Shown here in pieces: positions 18,673 to 28,420 of a stretch of 64,000 nt of DNA. The notes under the pieces are model-generated. The model was given only the letters and a program-made list of their open reading frames with translations, searched no databases and was not told where the DNA came from. The stretch is from a virus (taxonomy: Duplodnaviria > Caudoviricetes), in the IMG/VR virus record IMGVR_UViG_3300024283_000014, positions 1,885 through 65,884 of that record. The stretch is one strand, 5' to 3'. The stretch's first letter is position 1. Every line of letters starts with the position of its first letter. A program made the translations under genes and the position numbers.

Positions 18673-18702
18673 TCCACAGCGGGTCTAAACTTCGAGGAGA
18701 AT

Positions 18703-19722
18703 ATGAATTCATTCATTAGATTATTGACGAACGCAGTGTTCGTCCTCTTCGGGTTAGGCCCAGACGTTGTAACCGTCTCTCTCGGGACTGCGGGCAATGC
18801 GGGTTCAACAGCCGCCGAACTTATTACTTATATGTCGGCTCGTCTGCTTGAAGTCGCAGAGTTCAACACCATTTTGGATCAGTTTGGCGACAAGCATCCC
18901 TTGCCGTCTAACTCCTCAAAGACGATTCGTTTCGTCCGTGAAGAGAAACTGACCGTGGCTGCAACTCCCTCGCAGTTGACTGAGGGCATCCCCCCGGATG
19001 CTGTGGGTCTTACCCTTAACCAAATTGAAGCTACGGTAGAGCAGTATGGCTCTGTCGTGAGATTGTCCGACCTTGCGGAAATCACCGCACGGCATAATGT
19101 TATTGAACGGACGATCTATGTTCTAGGTTTGCAGGCGGCTGAAACCTATGATCAGCTTATTTTTAACGTTCTAAATGCCGCAACCAATACGTATTTCCCG
19201 AATAACAGAGCTGGAGACACTTCTCTCGTCGGTTCTGATGTGCCGGGTTATCCGGACTTGGTTGAACTTGATGCTGCGCTTCAGGATCAGGGCGGACGAC
19301 CTTTTGAAGGTGGCGAATATGTTTTCGTTACACCTCCACAGGTCTATGCTGCACTCTTGAAAGACCCAGATTTCAAGGCTTCAAATCAGTTCCGCTCACC
19401 AGAGAAAATCTGGCGCGGTGAAGTTGGAATGCTTGGTGGGTTCCGAGTAATTCGGTCAAACTCTCCGGCATTCGCTGCAACATCCCAAGCTACCGCTGGA
19501 CAGTCTAGCAAAGTGTACACCTCGTTTGCTATCGCTCGTTTTGCGTACCAGATTACGGATTTGCAGAACCTTCGGGTTTACGTGGTTGCACCTGGCGGTC
19601 AGCTTGACCCCTTGCAGCAATCCCGTAAGATCGGCTGGAAGTTTGCCTTTAAATCTGTAATTACGAATCAGAACTGGATTCGGCGTTTGCGCAGTTCAGG
19701 TGCTAATAGCATCACTAACTAA
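18703..19722 (+). CDS. major capsid protein (N4-gp56-like)
   Basis: 339 aa; LTEGIPP, EQYGSVVRLSD, GEVGMLGGFRVIRS, DPLQQSRKIGWK. Confidence 0.85.
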   Translation: MNSFIRLLTNAVFVLFGLGPDVVTVSLGTAGNAGSTAAELITYMSARLLEVAEFNTILDQFGDKHPLPSNSSKTIRFVREEKLTVAATPSQLTEGIPPDAVGLTLNQIEATVEQYGSVVRLSDLAEITARHNVIERTIYVLGLQAAETYDQLIFNVLNAATNTYFPNNRAGDTSLVGSDVPGYPDLVELDAALQDQGGRPFEGGEYVFVTPPQVYAALLKDPDFKASNQFRSPEKIWRGEVGMLGGFRVIRSNSPAFAATSQATAGQSSKVYTSFAIARFAYQITDLQNLRVYVVAPGGQLDPLQQSRKIGWKFAFKSVITNQNWIRRLRSSGANSITN

Positions 19723-19730
19723 TGAATATG

Positions 19731-19754
19731 GGGGTTCCCAAATTGGGAACTCCC
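19731..19754. repeat. palindrome B copy; possible terminator hairpin after the capsid gene
   Basis: ggggttcccaaattgggaactccc. Confidence 0.7.
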
Positions 19755-19773
19755 ACTTTCAGAAAGGACAATT

Positions 19774-19992
19774 ATGGGACATTCATTTGAATCAAGCGGC
19801 CCCGGTGATACTATTCTTAATTTGCGTAGACCCGACGGCCACGCGCATTTGGATCAGAAATTCGACAAGGGAATGCGAAGCCCGTTCTTGAGTCAGTTGC
19901 CTCAAGATGCAGGACTTGAATCCCCTGAGGAATCTGCTCAGAGTGGTCATGGTCACATGGACTCTGGTTACTCTGGCGGTGGAGGAGCGTAA
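19774..19992 (+). CDS. small hypothetical protein
   Basis: 72 aa; AAAGGA RBS. Confidence 0.6.
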   Translation: MGHSFESSGPGDTILNLRRPDGHAHLDQKFDKGMRSPFLSQLPQDAGLESPEESAQSGHGHMDSGYSGGGGA

Positions 19993-20339
19993 TGCCTGAA
20001 ACTAAAACTACAACGGAAGCTTCACGTGATCCGTGGAAAACCCCCCGAGAAACGTGGCAGTTTGTCACAATTCCGGAGGAAGACCCCACTGGTCTAGGCT
20101 TCCCTACAATCCGATTGAATAAGTCGGAATTCAAAGCTGGTGAAAGCTATTCACTTCCTAAAGAAGTGGCGGCTTTTGTCAACGAACGAGTGAAGGCTTA
20201 TAATCGTTCGGTCACAAGGTTGTTTAGCCCGGTCGCAGATCGGAAGTCACTAAATGAAGTTGCTGTTGGGACAACCTCCCCAATGGCTCCTTCTGGTGAA
20301 CGTCCGACCTTTGTTGACCCATCAAAGGTAAGCAGCTAA
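19992..20339 (+). CDS. hypothetical virion-associated protein
   Basis: 115 aa; TAATG coupling. Confidence 0.65.
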   Translation: MPETKTTTEASRDPWKTPRETWQFVTIPEEDPTGLGFPTIRLNKSEFKAGESYSLPKEVAAFVNERVKAYNRSVTRLFSPVADRKSLNEVAVGTTSPMAPSGERPTFVDPSKVSS

Positions 20340-20804
20340 GTGTCTGACGATCTTATCCAATTGGCTAAGACCACTGCTGCCGCACATGATCTCCAACCAG
20401 AGATTGTGTGCGCGGTTGTGGAACAGGAAAGCAACTGGAACCAGTGGGCCATCAGGTACGAACCCGCGTTTTTAGCGAGGTATGTAGCCCCACTGCACCT
20501 TACTAGCACGGAATCTACCGCTCGCTCAATTTCGTGGGGATTGATGCAATTGATGGGAGAGGTAGCCCGTGAATATGATTTCAAAGGATATCTGGCGGAG
20601 CTTTGTGACCCAGCAACAGGACTAGAATACGGCTGTCGCAAGTTAGCCGAATGCTTCAAGCGAGCCAACGCTCAAGCTCATCAAGATGATTTTGATCCAG
20701 TAGAACACGCTTTGCTCTACTGGAATGGCGGGGGTAACCCCGATTACGGGAAACAGGTGAAAGCCCGTATAGCAAAGTATGCAACCAACAATCCTACTAG
20801 TTAG
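20340..20804 (+). CDS. lytic transglycosylase (SLT-type endolysin)
   Basis: AVVEQES catalytic Glu, SWGLMQLM, and C-terminal YWNGG...DY motif. Confidence 0.9.
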   Translation: MSDDLIQLAKTTAAAHDLQPEIVCAVVEQESNWNQWAIRYEPAFLARYVAPLHLTSTESTARSISWGLMQLMGEVAREYDFKGYLAELCDPATGLEYGCRKLAECFKRANAQAHQDDFDPVEHALLYWNGGGNPDYGKQVKARIAKYATNNPTS

Positions 20805-21375
20805 GCACGGGAACACGACGTTTGATAGCAAAGTGGATGCAATGCTTGATCCGCCTCTTACTAGAAATGGTGTAGAACGAATCAAACGAACTGTAACTTT
20901 CCTTCGGGAAAGTGGCTATAAATTTAGTAGAATTGTAACCTCGCCCTTGCAAAGGGCCATGAAAGTAGCCCAACTTCTTTCAGACGGTAACATAAAGATT
21001 TACCCAGATGATGCTGCAAAGCCTTGGAACCTCGGAGATTTAATGGGCCGAGAGACCCGAGCAGTCAAGCAGCAACTAGAATACCTCAAGAATTACCCGG
21101 ATATCAAAGCTCCTCATGGTGAAAGCTATCGAAACTTTCACCAACGATGGAGTGATTTATTGCATCGCATAATGCAATATGCCGAAGCTTACAGCACAGA
21201 AGCTTTGGTGGTTGTTACCCACTCAAGAAACATCGATGCTTTGTATTCGATTATTCGGGGTGCTCCGGTAGGGGATACTCAAAATGACGCACCAGAAGGC
21301 AGTGTAACGAAACTCTCCTCGTTTAAAACGGGGTCAGGCGATTGGTCTTATGAACGTATATGGGAAGGTAAATAA
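20779..21375 (+). CDS. histidine phosphatase (phosphoglycerate mutase-like)
   Basis: LVRHGNT, SPLQRA, HGES, VVTHS. Confidence 0.9.
   Translation: MQPTILLVRHGNTTFDSKVDAMLDPPLTRNGVERIKRTVTFLRESGYKFSRIVTSPLQRAMKVAQLLSDGNIKIYPDDAAKPWNLGDLMGRETRAVKQQLEYLKNYPDIKAPHGESYRNFHQRWSDLLHRIMQYAEAYSTEALVVVTHSRNIDALYSIIRGAPVGDTQNDAPEGSVTKLSSFKTGSGDWSYERIWEGK
21317..21336 (+). repeat. dispersed motif A copy (1 mismatch, intragenic)
   Basis: cctcgtttaaaacggggtca. Confidence 0.75.
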
Positions 21376-21926
21376 TGGGATTCAGTGATGTTCTAAAAAA
21401 GATTTATCCGTTTTTATCTGTTGCTGCTTCCATTGGAGGCCCGATAGGAACTATTGCAGCGGGGGCTGTTGGCAGTGCTTTGAATTTGTCAAAACCTCCA
21501 GCAGCCAATGATCTTGAATCTGTTATTACAAATGCCCTTGCTGATCCTGCACAACGTACAGCTTTGCAAAAAGCTGAACAAGATTTTCAAGTTCAAATGG
21601 CACAACTTGGATATCAAGATGCTGAAGCATTAGCTGCAGATGCCAATGCTGATCGAGCTAGTGCTAGATTACGCGAAGAAACTTTAAAAGATAGAATGCC
21701 TGCAATCCTAGCCGTTGTTGTTAACGTCGGATTCTTTGGTGTTGTAGGAGTTTTAATTTGGTCAGGTGTAAAAGGAATTGAACTTAGTTCCGGAGTGCGA
21801 CCTGTTCTTTTCATGTTGCTTGGAACTTTGGCCCGAGAAATGACTTCAGTTTATGCGTATTTCTTTGGAACCTCTGCATCTTCGGATTCTAAAACAGAAA
21901 TTATCGCAGATATTGCAAAAAGCTAA
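21375..21926 (+). CDS. putative holin (multi-TM)
   Basis: Hydrophobic N-terminus, coiled middle, two TM helices and YFFGTSASS C-terminus; near the endolysin. Confidence 0.65.
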   Translation: MGFSDVLKKIYPFLSVAASIGGPIGTIAAGAVGSALNLSKPPAANDLESVITNALADPAQRTALQKAEQDFQVQMAQLGYQDAEALAADANADRASARLREETLKDRMPAILAVVVNVGFFGVVGVLIWSGVKGIELSSGVRPVLFMLLGTLAREMTSVYAYFFGTSASSDSKTEIIADIAKS

Positions 21927-21937
21927 TAGGACAAATA

Positions 21938-22930
21938 ATGAAGATTAAATCAATTTTAGCAAGTATTTTTCTATTGACTGCAGCAGCGTTTGGCCAAGCC
22001 GGTCGATATGATAATTTTGTATGGTCATTAACTGGTAATAATCTATATACTCCATTAGGCAATGCTTCTGTGTTAGTGTATAATTACCCTGGTGCAGGTA
22101 TTGCTTGTAACGGCGGAGGTTGTAGTGCAGCTGTTACTTTCAGTGATCCAACTGAAGTTACAGCTTGTGGCACCACATCTCCTTTGACGGGATCAACATC
22201 AGCTGTTTGTGTTGGAGCTACAGACATTGGTGGTAACTTTGGTTTTTGGGTTGCTCCGGGAAAATATCAATACTGTGTATCATCTTCTTTCTTTGGTACA
22301 AAATGCACTAATATATTAGTTGGTGTTGATCCTAGTGTTGCAACTACCTTTACTGGTAATCTTACTCTAAATGGTAACAATACTTTTGGTGGAACAAATG
22401 CTTTTAATGGCGCAGTTACATTCGGTAGTACTCTTATCGTAACTGGACTTGCTACGTTCAATGGAGGAGCTAAAAGCAGTTTCTTTCAATCTTCAACTGC
22501 TAATGCTGCTTCTTCAGGTGCAGTCAGATTAGCTTCAGCTGATTTAATTAATTGGCGCAATAACGCCAACGGAGCTGATGTATCTTTAAGCAAAGATACT
22601 AGTGATCGTTTGAATTTCAATGCTAAAATTTTAAACGACGGATTGTTCCCCGGTACTGAAACAATCGGAACAGGAACTTCAACTTCTAATGGTACGGCTA
22701 TTTCCAATGGCGTATCTCAAGCGCAACCAGCAATTACAGTTACAGGAGCAACAGCCACTGACGTAGCCATCTGTGCTTTGAATGCCGCACCTCCTGCAAC
22801 ATGGCAAACTGGTATAGTTTTACTGCCTGCTGTTGTAACTTCAAATACTGTAACTCCTTGGTTATCTAATCCTACGGCTGCTCCTATTACCCCAGCCGCA
22901 ACTGCAATACGTTGTACTGTGGTGCGATAA
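21938..22930 (+). CDS. beta-rich fibre-like protein with N-terminal signal peptide
   Basis: MKIKSILASIFLLTAAAFG|Q; LTLNGNNTFGG/TNAFNGAVTFG repeats. Confidence 0.65.
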   Translation: MKIKSILASIFLLTAAAFGQAGRYDNFVWSLTGNNLYTPLGNASVLVYNYPGAGIACNGGGCSAAVTFSDPTEVTACGTTSPLTGSTSAVCVGATDIGGNFGFWVAPGKYQYCVSSSFFGTKCTNILVGVDPSVATTFTGNLTLNGNNTFGGTNAFNGAVTFGSTLIVTGLATFNGGAKSSFFQSSTANAASSGAVRLASADLINWRNNANGADVSLSKDTSDRLNFNAKILNDGLFPGTETIGTGTSTSNGTAISNGVSQAQPAITVTGATATDVAICALNAAPPATWQTGIVLLPAVVTSNTVTPWLSNPTAAPITPAATAIRCTVVR

Positions 22931-24136
22931 ATGCCTGTTCTTCTTCCATCTACCGGGCCTAGACTGTTTGCAGCTACTACTACGGCTCAAAATATAATGA
23001 GTGCGACATCACAAGATGTGCGCAATCAAATATCTGCTGTTACGACACCAGATTCCAACGTTTTATTGGATTACGTGAATCGTGTTTCGTTAGACATGCT
23101 CAAGGTTTCTAAATGGTGGTTTTTGCTTTCTCCAACTCAACAGTTCATTACTCAAACAGGAGTTACGAATTATTGGGTTGGCCCAATAGGTTCTAACCCT
23201 GCAGGAACATATGATACAGGTTTAAACCTAACTGATTTTCGCTATGTAAAACCTAAGAGCGTAGTTGATCGTACTAATTTTCGCCCTCTTGGGCAAATAA
23301 ATGAACAACCTCTTTCATCTAAGATAAGTTATTCAGATGGAACCCAACGTCCCGGAAGACCTTCTGTTTATCGCCAAGATGAAGCTACTCCTAATGTTTT
23401 AAATATATATCCAGCTCCGGATAATCAAGCATTATATACTCCTCAACCTGAACCTCCTATTTGCACTGTAACTCCGGGAGGAGCTTTATCAAATCGAATT
23501 TATTTTGTAACTACAACTTTTGTTGATTCTCTTGGAGGGGAATCCACTGCTCCGGTTGTAACAGAAATATTTGTTCCAGCAAACATGCTGTTGGTTGTAA
23601 ATCCTCCAATTGAACCTGTTGGGGCGAGTGCTACTGGAATTGCATATAATCGATATAATGTGTATGCGGCTTCAGCAGGAACCAGTGAAATAACTGAAAT
23701 TACCAGCAATAGTACTACGCTACAAGCAAGCAATATTTTCAATAATGCTACTTGGACAGAACCGACATCTGGATTAACCACAAATGGAACTAACCCACCA
23801 AGTACCAATGGTGTTGAACCCATTGAAGGTTATATCATAGAATTCAGATACTTTCGGCAAATCGCACAAATAACTTCTCCCGGCCAATTTGTTCAAGTTC
23901 CAGATGATTACAAACATGTAATGATTGCAGGAGTAAATTCTCTTGCATTTCAATTTCTATTTCGTGCTGCTGAAGCTCAAGCCTGGGAAGGACGATATCA
24001 ACAAGGTCTCCAAAAGATTGTTCGTGATTTGAACTTCATGAGCAAAACTGGAGATTACTTTGGCCCCGATGCAGCTAGTATTGGTGGTTTCTTACCAACT
24101 GTTGAAACTATTGATTTGAGTTTACTTAATCCTTAA
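22931..24136 (+). CDS. head-tail adaptor / tail tubular protein A-like, with inserted Ig/Fn3-like domain
   Basis: LLDYVNR N-helix, LNIYPAPD, VPDDYKHVMIAG...YQQGL; position before the nozzle gene. Confidence 0.7.
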   Translation: MPVLLPSTGPRLFAATTTAQNIMSATSQDVRNQISAVTTPDSNVLLDYVNRVSLDMLKVSKWWFLLSPTQQFITQTGVTNYWVGPIGSNPAGTYDTGLNLTDFRYVKPKSVVDRTNFRPLGQINEQPLSSKISYSDGTQRPGRPSVYRQDEATPNVLNIYPAPDNQALYTPQPEPPICTVTPGGALSNRIYFVTTTFVDSLGGESTAPVVTEIFVPANMLLVVNPPIEPVGASATGIAYNRYNVYAASAGTSEITEITSNSTTLQASNIFNNATWTEPTSGLTTNGTNPPSTNGVEPIEGYIIEFRYFRQIAQITSPGQFVQVPDDYKHVMIAGVNSLAFQFLFRAAEAQAWEGRYQQGLQKIVRDLNFMSKTGDYFGPDAASIGGFLPTVETIDLSLLNP

Positions 24137-26622
24137 TGTCTACATATCAAAGACCATTACAACCTTGGGATCCAATTGTCCAAGATCAACAGATCAAACC
24201 ACCGATCCGTTATATCAGGGATAATTTTCAAGGCACAGGACAAGATTCTCATACCCAACCTCCTGCTCAAGATGCTTCAATGTGGCAGGCTTTAACAAAT
24301 ATTCAACCTATCACCAAAGGTGTGATTGAACGACGCTGGGGTTTTGTTCCTTTTGCAACTGGACTTAATGCTACTGCAAATCGTCTGGTATCATTTCAAA
24401 GAGATTCAGATGGATTAAGAACCATTTTAACACAAGGCGCAGGACAAGTAGAAGCTTTTGGTGAAGATGGTTCTTTTTATACTAATGTATTTAATCCCTC
24501 AGGTTCTATTGTTCGTTCTTTAAGTTCAAGAAATTATCAATATTTTTTTGATGGATTATCTTCTGATCTTAAAAAATGGAATGGAGATACCGCAGGAGGA
24601 GTTTCTAATTGGGGAATCAATGTAAATGATGTAACTGTAAATACTTCAGGAGGAGGAGGAAGTAGTGGTACATCATTTGGCCCTAATCCTGGTAATTCAA
24701 GTGGCACTAATTTTGGTTTTTCAGAACATACAACAAGCAGTCAAACTTCTTCTCCTGTATTCATAAGCAATTACGGATTTGCAATTGCTAGTGGTACCAT
24801 TGCTGGAATCATGGTCACAATGGATATAAACTTTACAGGAGCTGCTTTTTTAGCATTACAAGTAACAGCTAATCTTCGTAAAAATGGAGTTAATTACGGA
24901 ACAAGTACTACAATAGGAACAAACCATCCGACTTCTGGAACATACACATTTGGTAGTTCTTCTTATTTATGGGGAGGTAGTTGGACTTTAGCTGATATAA
25001 ATGCATCTAGTTTTGGTTTAAATTTTACTGGAACAGGTACTGCGACTGTAAGCCCAAATCCGGGTGCTCCTCCTAGTTTTAATTTGCAAGCTAACATTGC
25101 AATTACAAACATAAAGATCACTGTATTTACTGGAGGACAAGCAGGAGGAACTACATCAAGTGGCAGTGGTGTAGGTATTACAAGCATCGCTGGTGGTGGA
25201 AACGTTAATCTAACTATTGGTCGTACTTATTATTTGGCTTTTTTTAATGCCAACACAGGCCATTTTAGTGATATTACTCAACCATCAACTAGCACAGGGC
25301 CAGTTGTAAATGGAATAATCAATTTACTTTTGGCTACTAGCAATGATCCACAAGTTACGCACAAATATCTTTTAGCAACAGCCGATGGAAATGATCCAAG
25401 TATTTTGTATCAAGTTGCAGAACTTGTAAATGGTGGTGCAGGTGATGTCACTACTTATGCAGATAATACACCTGAAACAACTTTACTTTTGAATCAAGTT
25501 TTGCTTTTCACAGATCAAAGTGGAAATGAATTTGGAATTACTTTAAATGATCCTCCGCCTGCTGGAACCTTGTGTATAAAGCATCAAGGACGCTTATGGA
25601 TGGCGGGAGTTCCAGGAGCAACTCACAGCGTTTTCTTTTCTAAAGCTGTAGGTGATTTAACATTACCTAATGGATTTATTGCAGGGAAATATGAAGAAGC
25701 ATGGCCCGGAGATAATTACTTCGACATATCCGATGGAGCTGAAACTGTATCCGGACTTCTATCGGATGGTCAAAATCTCTACATGGGTTCTCAATATCAT
25801 ATTAGGCGATTAGTTGGAAATGATCCAACCAATTTTCAATTACCTGAAATCGTACATCCACAAGTAGGAGTATTAAATCAAGAAGTTTGGAACATAGTTT
25901 ATACACAAGGTTCCCCGGCAGGAGCAATTTGGTTAACACCTGATTTTCGTGTTATCCAAAGTGATTTTAATACATACATTGATATTGGCGCAAGAATACA
26001 AGATATCTTGAATCAAATTCAACCTACCGCTGCAACATTGGCTCATGCTACATTTGTAGCTGATGGTGAATATGATCTTTTTATTCTTGCAATCCCATTT
26101 GCACAAGCCACATATTGTGACTTACATCTAGTTTATGATATGCGTCATCAGCAATGGTTTGTATGGCAACCCACTAATGGTAGCTTGTCTTTGCTTTATA
26201 ATGTAACTTTGCAAGGCCAATCACAATGGTTATTTATTGGCGGCAATACTAACACAATAAATCAGTATCTCCAATCCGCTCTTGATGACAATGGAACTCC
26301 ATTCACATTAACAGCTATGACTTCGTGGCTAGGATTAGGAGAACCTGGAATGCGGAAGGTATTAAATGAAATTGATTATGATGGTGATCCATCAATGACA
26401 GTTTCAGTCTTCGGAGCTTTGTTGCAATCGGATTTTGTTAACCCTAAAATTTTAGTTAATAATTTTCCTTCTGTTGCTGGGCCATTAGGAACACGAAAAT
26501 TTTTTATTGCATCGCAAGCTATTCCAACTCGTTATGTTCAATTTAAATTCCAATCAACAAGTTCCAACAATATTTTACTTGGTTCTTATAACATTGAAAG
26601 TATTCCATTTATGGACTTGTAA
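24136..26622 (+). CDS. tail nozzle / tubular protein B-like (beta-propeller)
   Basis: 828 aa; KHQGRLWMAG, IDIGARIQD, LVYDMRHQQW. Confidence 0.7.
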   Translation: MSTYQRPLQPWDPIVQDQQIKPPIRYIRDNFQGTGQDSHTQPPAQDASMWQALTNIQPITKGVIERRWGFVPFATGLNATANRLVSFQRDSDGLRTILTQGAGQVEAFGEDGSFYTNVFNPSGSIVRSLSSRNYQYFFDGLSSDLKKWNGDTAGGVSNWGINVNDVTVNTSGGGGSSGTSFGPNPGNSSGTNFGFSEHTTSSQTSSPVFISNYGFAIASGTIAGIMVTMDINFTGAAFLALQVTANLRKNGVNYGTSTTIGTNHPTSGTYTFGSSSYLWGGSWTLADINASSFGLNFTGTGTATVSPNPGAPPSFNLQANIAITNIKITVFTGGQAGGTTSSGSGVGITSIAGGGNVNLTIGRTYYLAFFNANTGHFSDITQPSTSTGPVVNGIINLLLATSNDPQVTHKYLLATADGNDPSILYQVAELVNGGAGDVTTYADNTPETTLLLNQVLLFTDQSGNEFGITLNDPPPAGTLCIKHQGRLWMAGVPGATHSVFFSKAVGDLTLPNGFIAGKYEEAWPGDNYFDISDGAETVSGLLSDGQNLYMGSQYHIRRLVGNDPTNFQLPEIVHPQVGVLNQEVWNIVYTQGSPAGAIWLTPDFRVIQSDFNTYIDIGARIQDILNQIQPTAATLAHATFVADGEYDLFILAIPFAQATYCDLHLVYDMRHQQWFVWQPTNGSLSLLYNVTLQGQSQWLFIGGNTNTINQYLQSALDDNGTPFTLTAMTSWLGLGEPGMRKVLNEIDYDGDPSMTVSVFGALLQSDFVNPKILVNNFPSVAGPLGTRKFFIASQAIPTRYVQFKFQSTSSNNILLGSYNIESIPFMDL

Positions 26623-27173
26623 TGAAAATTGCTAAACTTGATTTGAATCAATTAAACAAACAGTTGGAACGCATTGAAGATTTACACAATAGACTTTCAA
26701 TAGCTGAAAAACAATTACAAACTACTTCATTTCAAGTATCTCAGCTTGATTTCATGCACGCTCGTCCGACGTTCAATAACTTAACCTTTACATGGACAGG
26801 TGCAACAGGAACTGTAAGCTGGCTTAATGGATTCTTGAAAGACAAAAACGCAGCTATAGAAACCGGAGTAGCATTCTCTCAAGCCCCTAGTTATAGATTC
26901 CAAGTAAATCATCCTCTAGGACTTACACACAACATATCGATTCCTGCTGGGTCATTAACTGGTTTATCTGCTAATACTTATTATTGGCTAGGTTGGGACA
27001 ACAACAATCGTCAAATGTACGCACTAACAGATATAACTAAACTTTTTACTCACCATGATATGCAAATAGTTTGTCAAATATTCACTGGAACTGTAGGTCA
27101 AACGGGAACAGTTGGCGGTGGTGGAAGCCAAGGTGGAACTGATCTTTCAGGAGCGCGGTATAAATTATTTTAA
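26622..27173 (+). CDS. tail-associated hypothetical protein
   Basis: N-terminal coiled coil followed by a beta domain. Confidence 0.65.
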   Translation: MKIAKLDLNQLNKQLERIEDLHNRLSIAEKQLQTTSFQVSQLDFMHARPTFNNLTFTWTGATGTVSWLNGFLKDKNAAIETGVAFSQAPSYRFQVNHPLGLTHNISIPAGSLTGLSANTYYWLGWDNNNRQMYALTDITKLFTHHDMQIVCQIFTGTVGQTGTVGGGGSQGGTDLSGARYKLF

Positions 27174-27377
27174 ATGAATACGGAAGATTTTCAAACTCAT
27201 GTTGTAGATGCGTTAGCTCGGCTTGATACCAAAGTAACTGATTTAGTTGGTAATGGTCAGCCTGGGCGTGTTTCAAGACTAGAAGAAAAAGTCGATACTA
27301 TAAATCGTTGGCGCTGGGTAATAGCAGGAGTCGTCTTGTCTTTATCTGCGTTAGTTCATTTCATATTTAGATACTAA
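27174..27377 (+). CDS. coiled-coil protein with C-terminal TM helix (holin-like)
   Basis: GNGQPGRVSRLE followed by RWRWVIAGVVLSLSALV. Confidence 0.65.
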   Translation: MNTEDFQTHVVDALARLDTKVTDLVGNGQPGRVSRLEEKVDTINRWRWVIAGVVLSLSALVHFIFRY

Positions 27378-27394
27378 CCCCGTTCTAAGCGAGG
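27375..27394 (-). repeat. dispersed motif A copy
   Basis: taaccccgttctaagcgagg, continuous with the GAGGAG RBS of 27401. Confidence 0.9.
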
Positions 27395-27400
27395 AGGAGA

Positions 27401-27736
27401 ATGCTAGACCGTATTAGATTAGCTACAGCAGAGGAAATAGAGGAAATCAAAGATAGTTCAAACCTGACCCCGATGTGCAGGGTCTTAGCAATGGGTGAGA
27501 TGCGAGCCGTGTGGCGAATGGCAAACGAGGTTGATCCTCTTCATGCCAATGGCGCACCAGTTTCTAAGACGTACAAGTTTCTTTGGGGAATTGAGAACAT
27601 CTTAAAGGGATCAGGAGTTACAGAGTATTATTTTAACACCCCCGCAGATGATACTAAATATCACCGGGTTCTAGAAGAACTCGGAGCAGAGCGACTTTCA
27701 AAGCAACCAGATTACAGATGGCGAGTTAATATTTAA
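27401..27736 (+). CDS. GNAT-fold-like protein preceding the ejection genes
   Basis: IRLATAEE N-terminus, YYFNTPADD..YHRVLEELGAE; position typical for podoviruses. Confidence 0.5.
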   Translation: MLDRIRLATAEEIEEIKDSSNLTPMCRVLAMGEMRAVWRMANEVDPLHANGAPVSKTYKFLWGIENILKGSGVTEYYFNTPADDTKYHRVLEELGAERLSKQPDYRWRVNI

Positions 27737-27741
27737 CCCTT

Positions 27742-28419
27742 ATGGGAACTACTACTAAAACTTCCGGCTCTAACACGAGCAACCTTCAGTTTAATCCTAT
27801 CAGTCAAGGGATTTACAACAACCTTATTCAAGGCGGTGGTAAACAACTTGGCGATATGATTAACAATCCTTTTGGGAATGCCTTATATTCTATGGGCCTT
27901 GGACAGTCTCAAAAAGGAGCACAGCAGCAAGGTGCGAATAACATGGGGGTTCTGAATCAGAATCAACGTGTACAAGGGCTGGGTGGACAAGCCGGAGCAG
28001 GGTGGCTTGCAGCGCAAAAAGCAATGACTGGTCGAGCAAATGCCTCGATGATGTCTAACGCTAATGTTTCCAATGTAATGAGCGCGTTACAACGCCAGAT
28101 GGCGGCAACTGGAATGGGCATGAGCTTCAGTCCGCAATTAACTGGTCAGACTGGAAACTTCAGTCAACAGCAATCGACTGGTGGCCTTGGAACGTGGTTA
28201 CCGCAGCTAGCAGGTGCGGCCCTTGGCGCAGCTGGTGGATTCTTAGGCGGCGGAGGTATGGGAGCGGCTATGCACGCAACTGGTGCAGGAGCAAGCGGAG
28301 GGCCAACCTCTCTTGCCCCTAGTTCTAGCTTCTCTGGCTTTGGTATTGGGTCAGGAGCTAATCCTAACCAAATGAGCTTTAATCCGATGGCAATGCAAAG
28401 TATGCAAGGCATGTTCTAA
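27742..28419 (+). CDS. putative DNA ejection / internal virion protein
   Basis: G/Q/M-rich, GAALGAAGG segment; first of three genes of increasing size. Confidence 0.7.
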   Translation: MGTTTKTSGSNTSNLQFNPISQGIYNNLIQGGGKQLGDMINNPFGNALYSMGLGQSQKGAQQQGANNMGVLNQNQRVQGLGGQAGAGWLAAQKAMTGRANASMMSNANVSNVMSALQRQMAATGMGMSFSPQLTGQTGNFSQQQSTGGLGTWLPQLAGAALGAAGGFLGGGGMGAAMHATGAGASGGPTSLAPSSSFSGFGIGSGANPNQMSFNPMAMQSMQGMF

Positions 28420-28420
28420 T

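Noticed and set aside
18681-18690. GGGTCTAAA upstream of the capsid gene as a seventh ECF promoter
   Set aside because: The -10-like box is present but no GTAATAA at 15-16 nt spacing.
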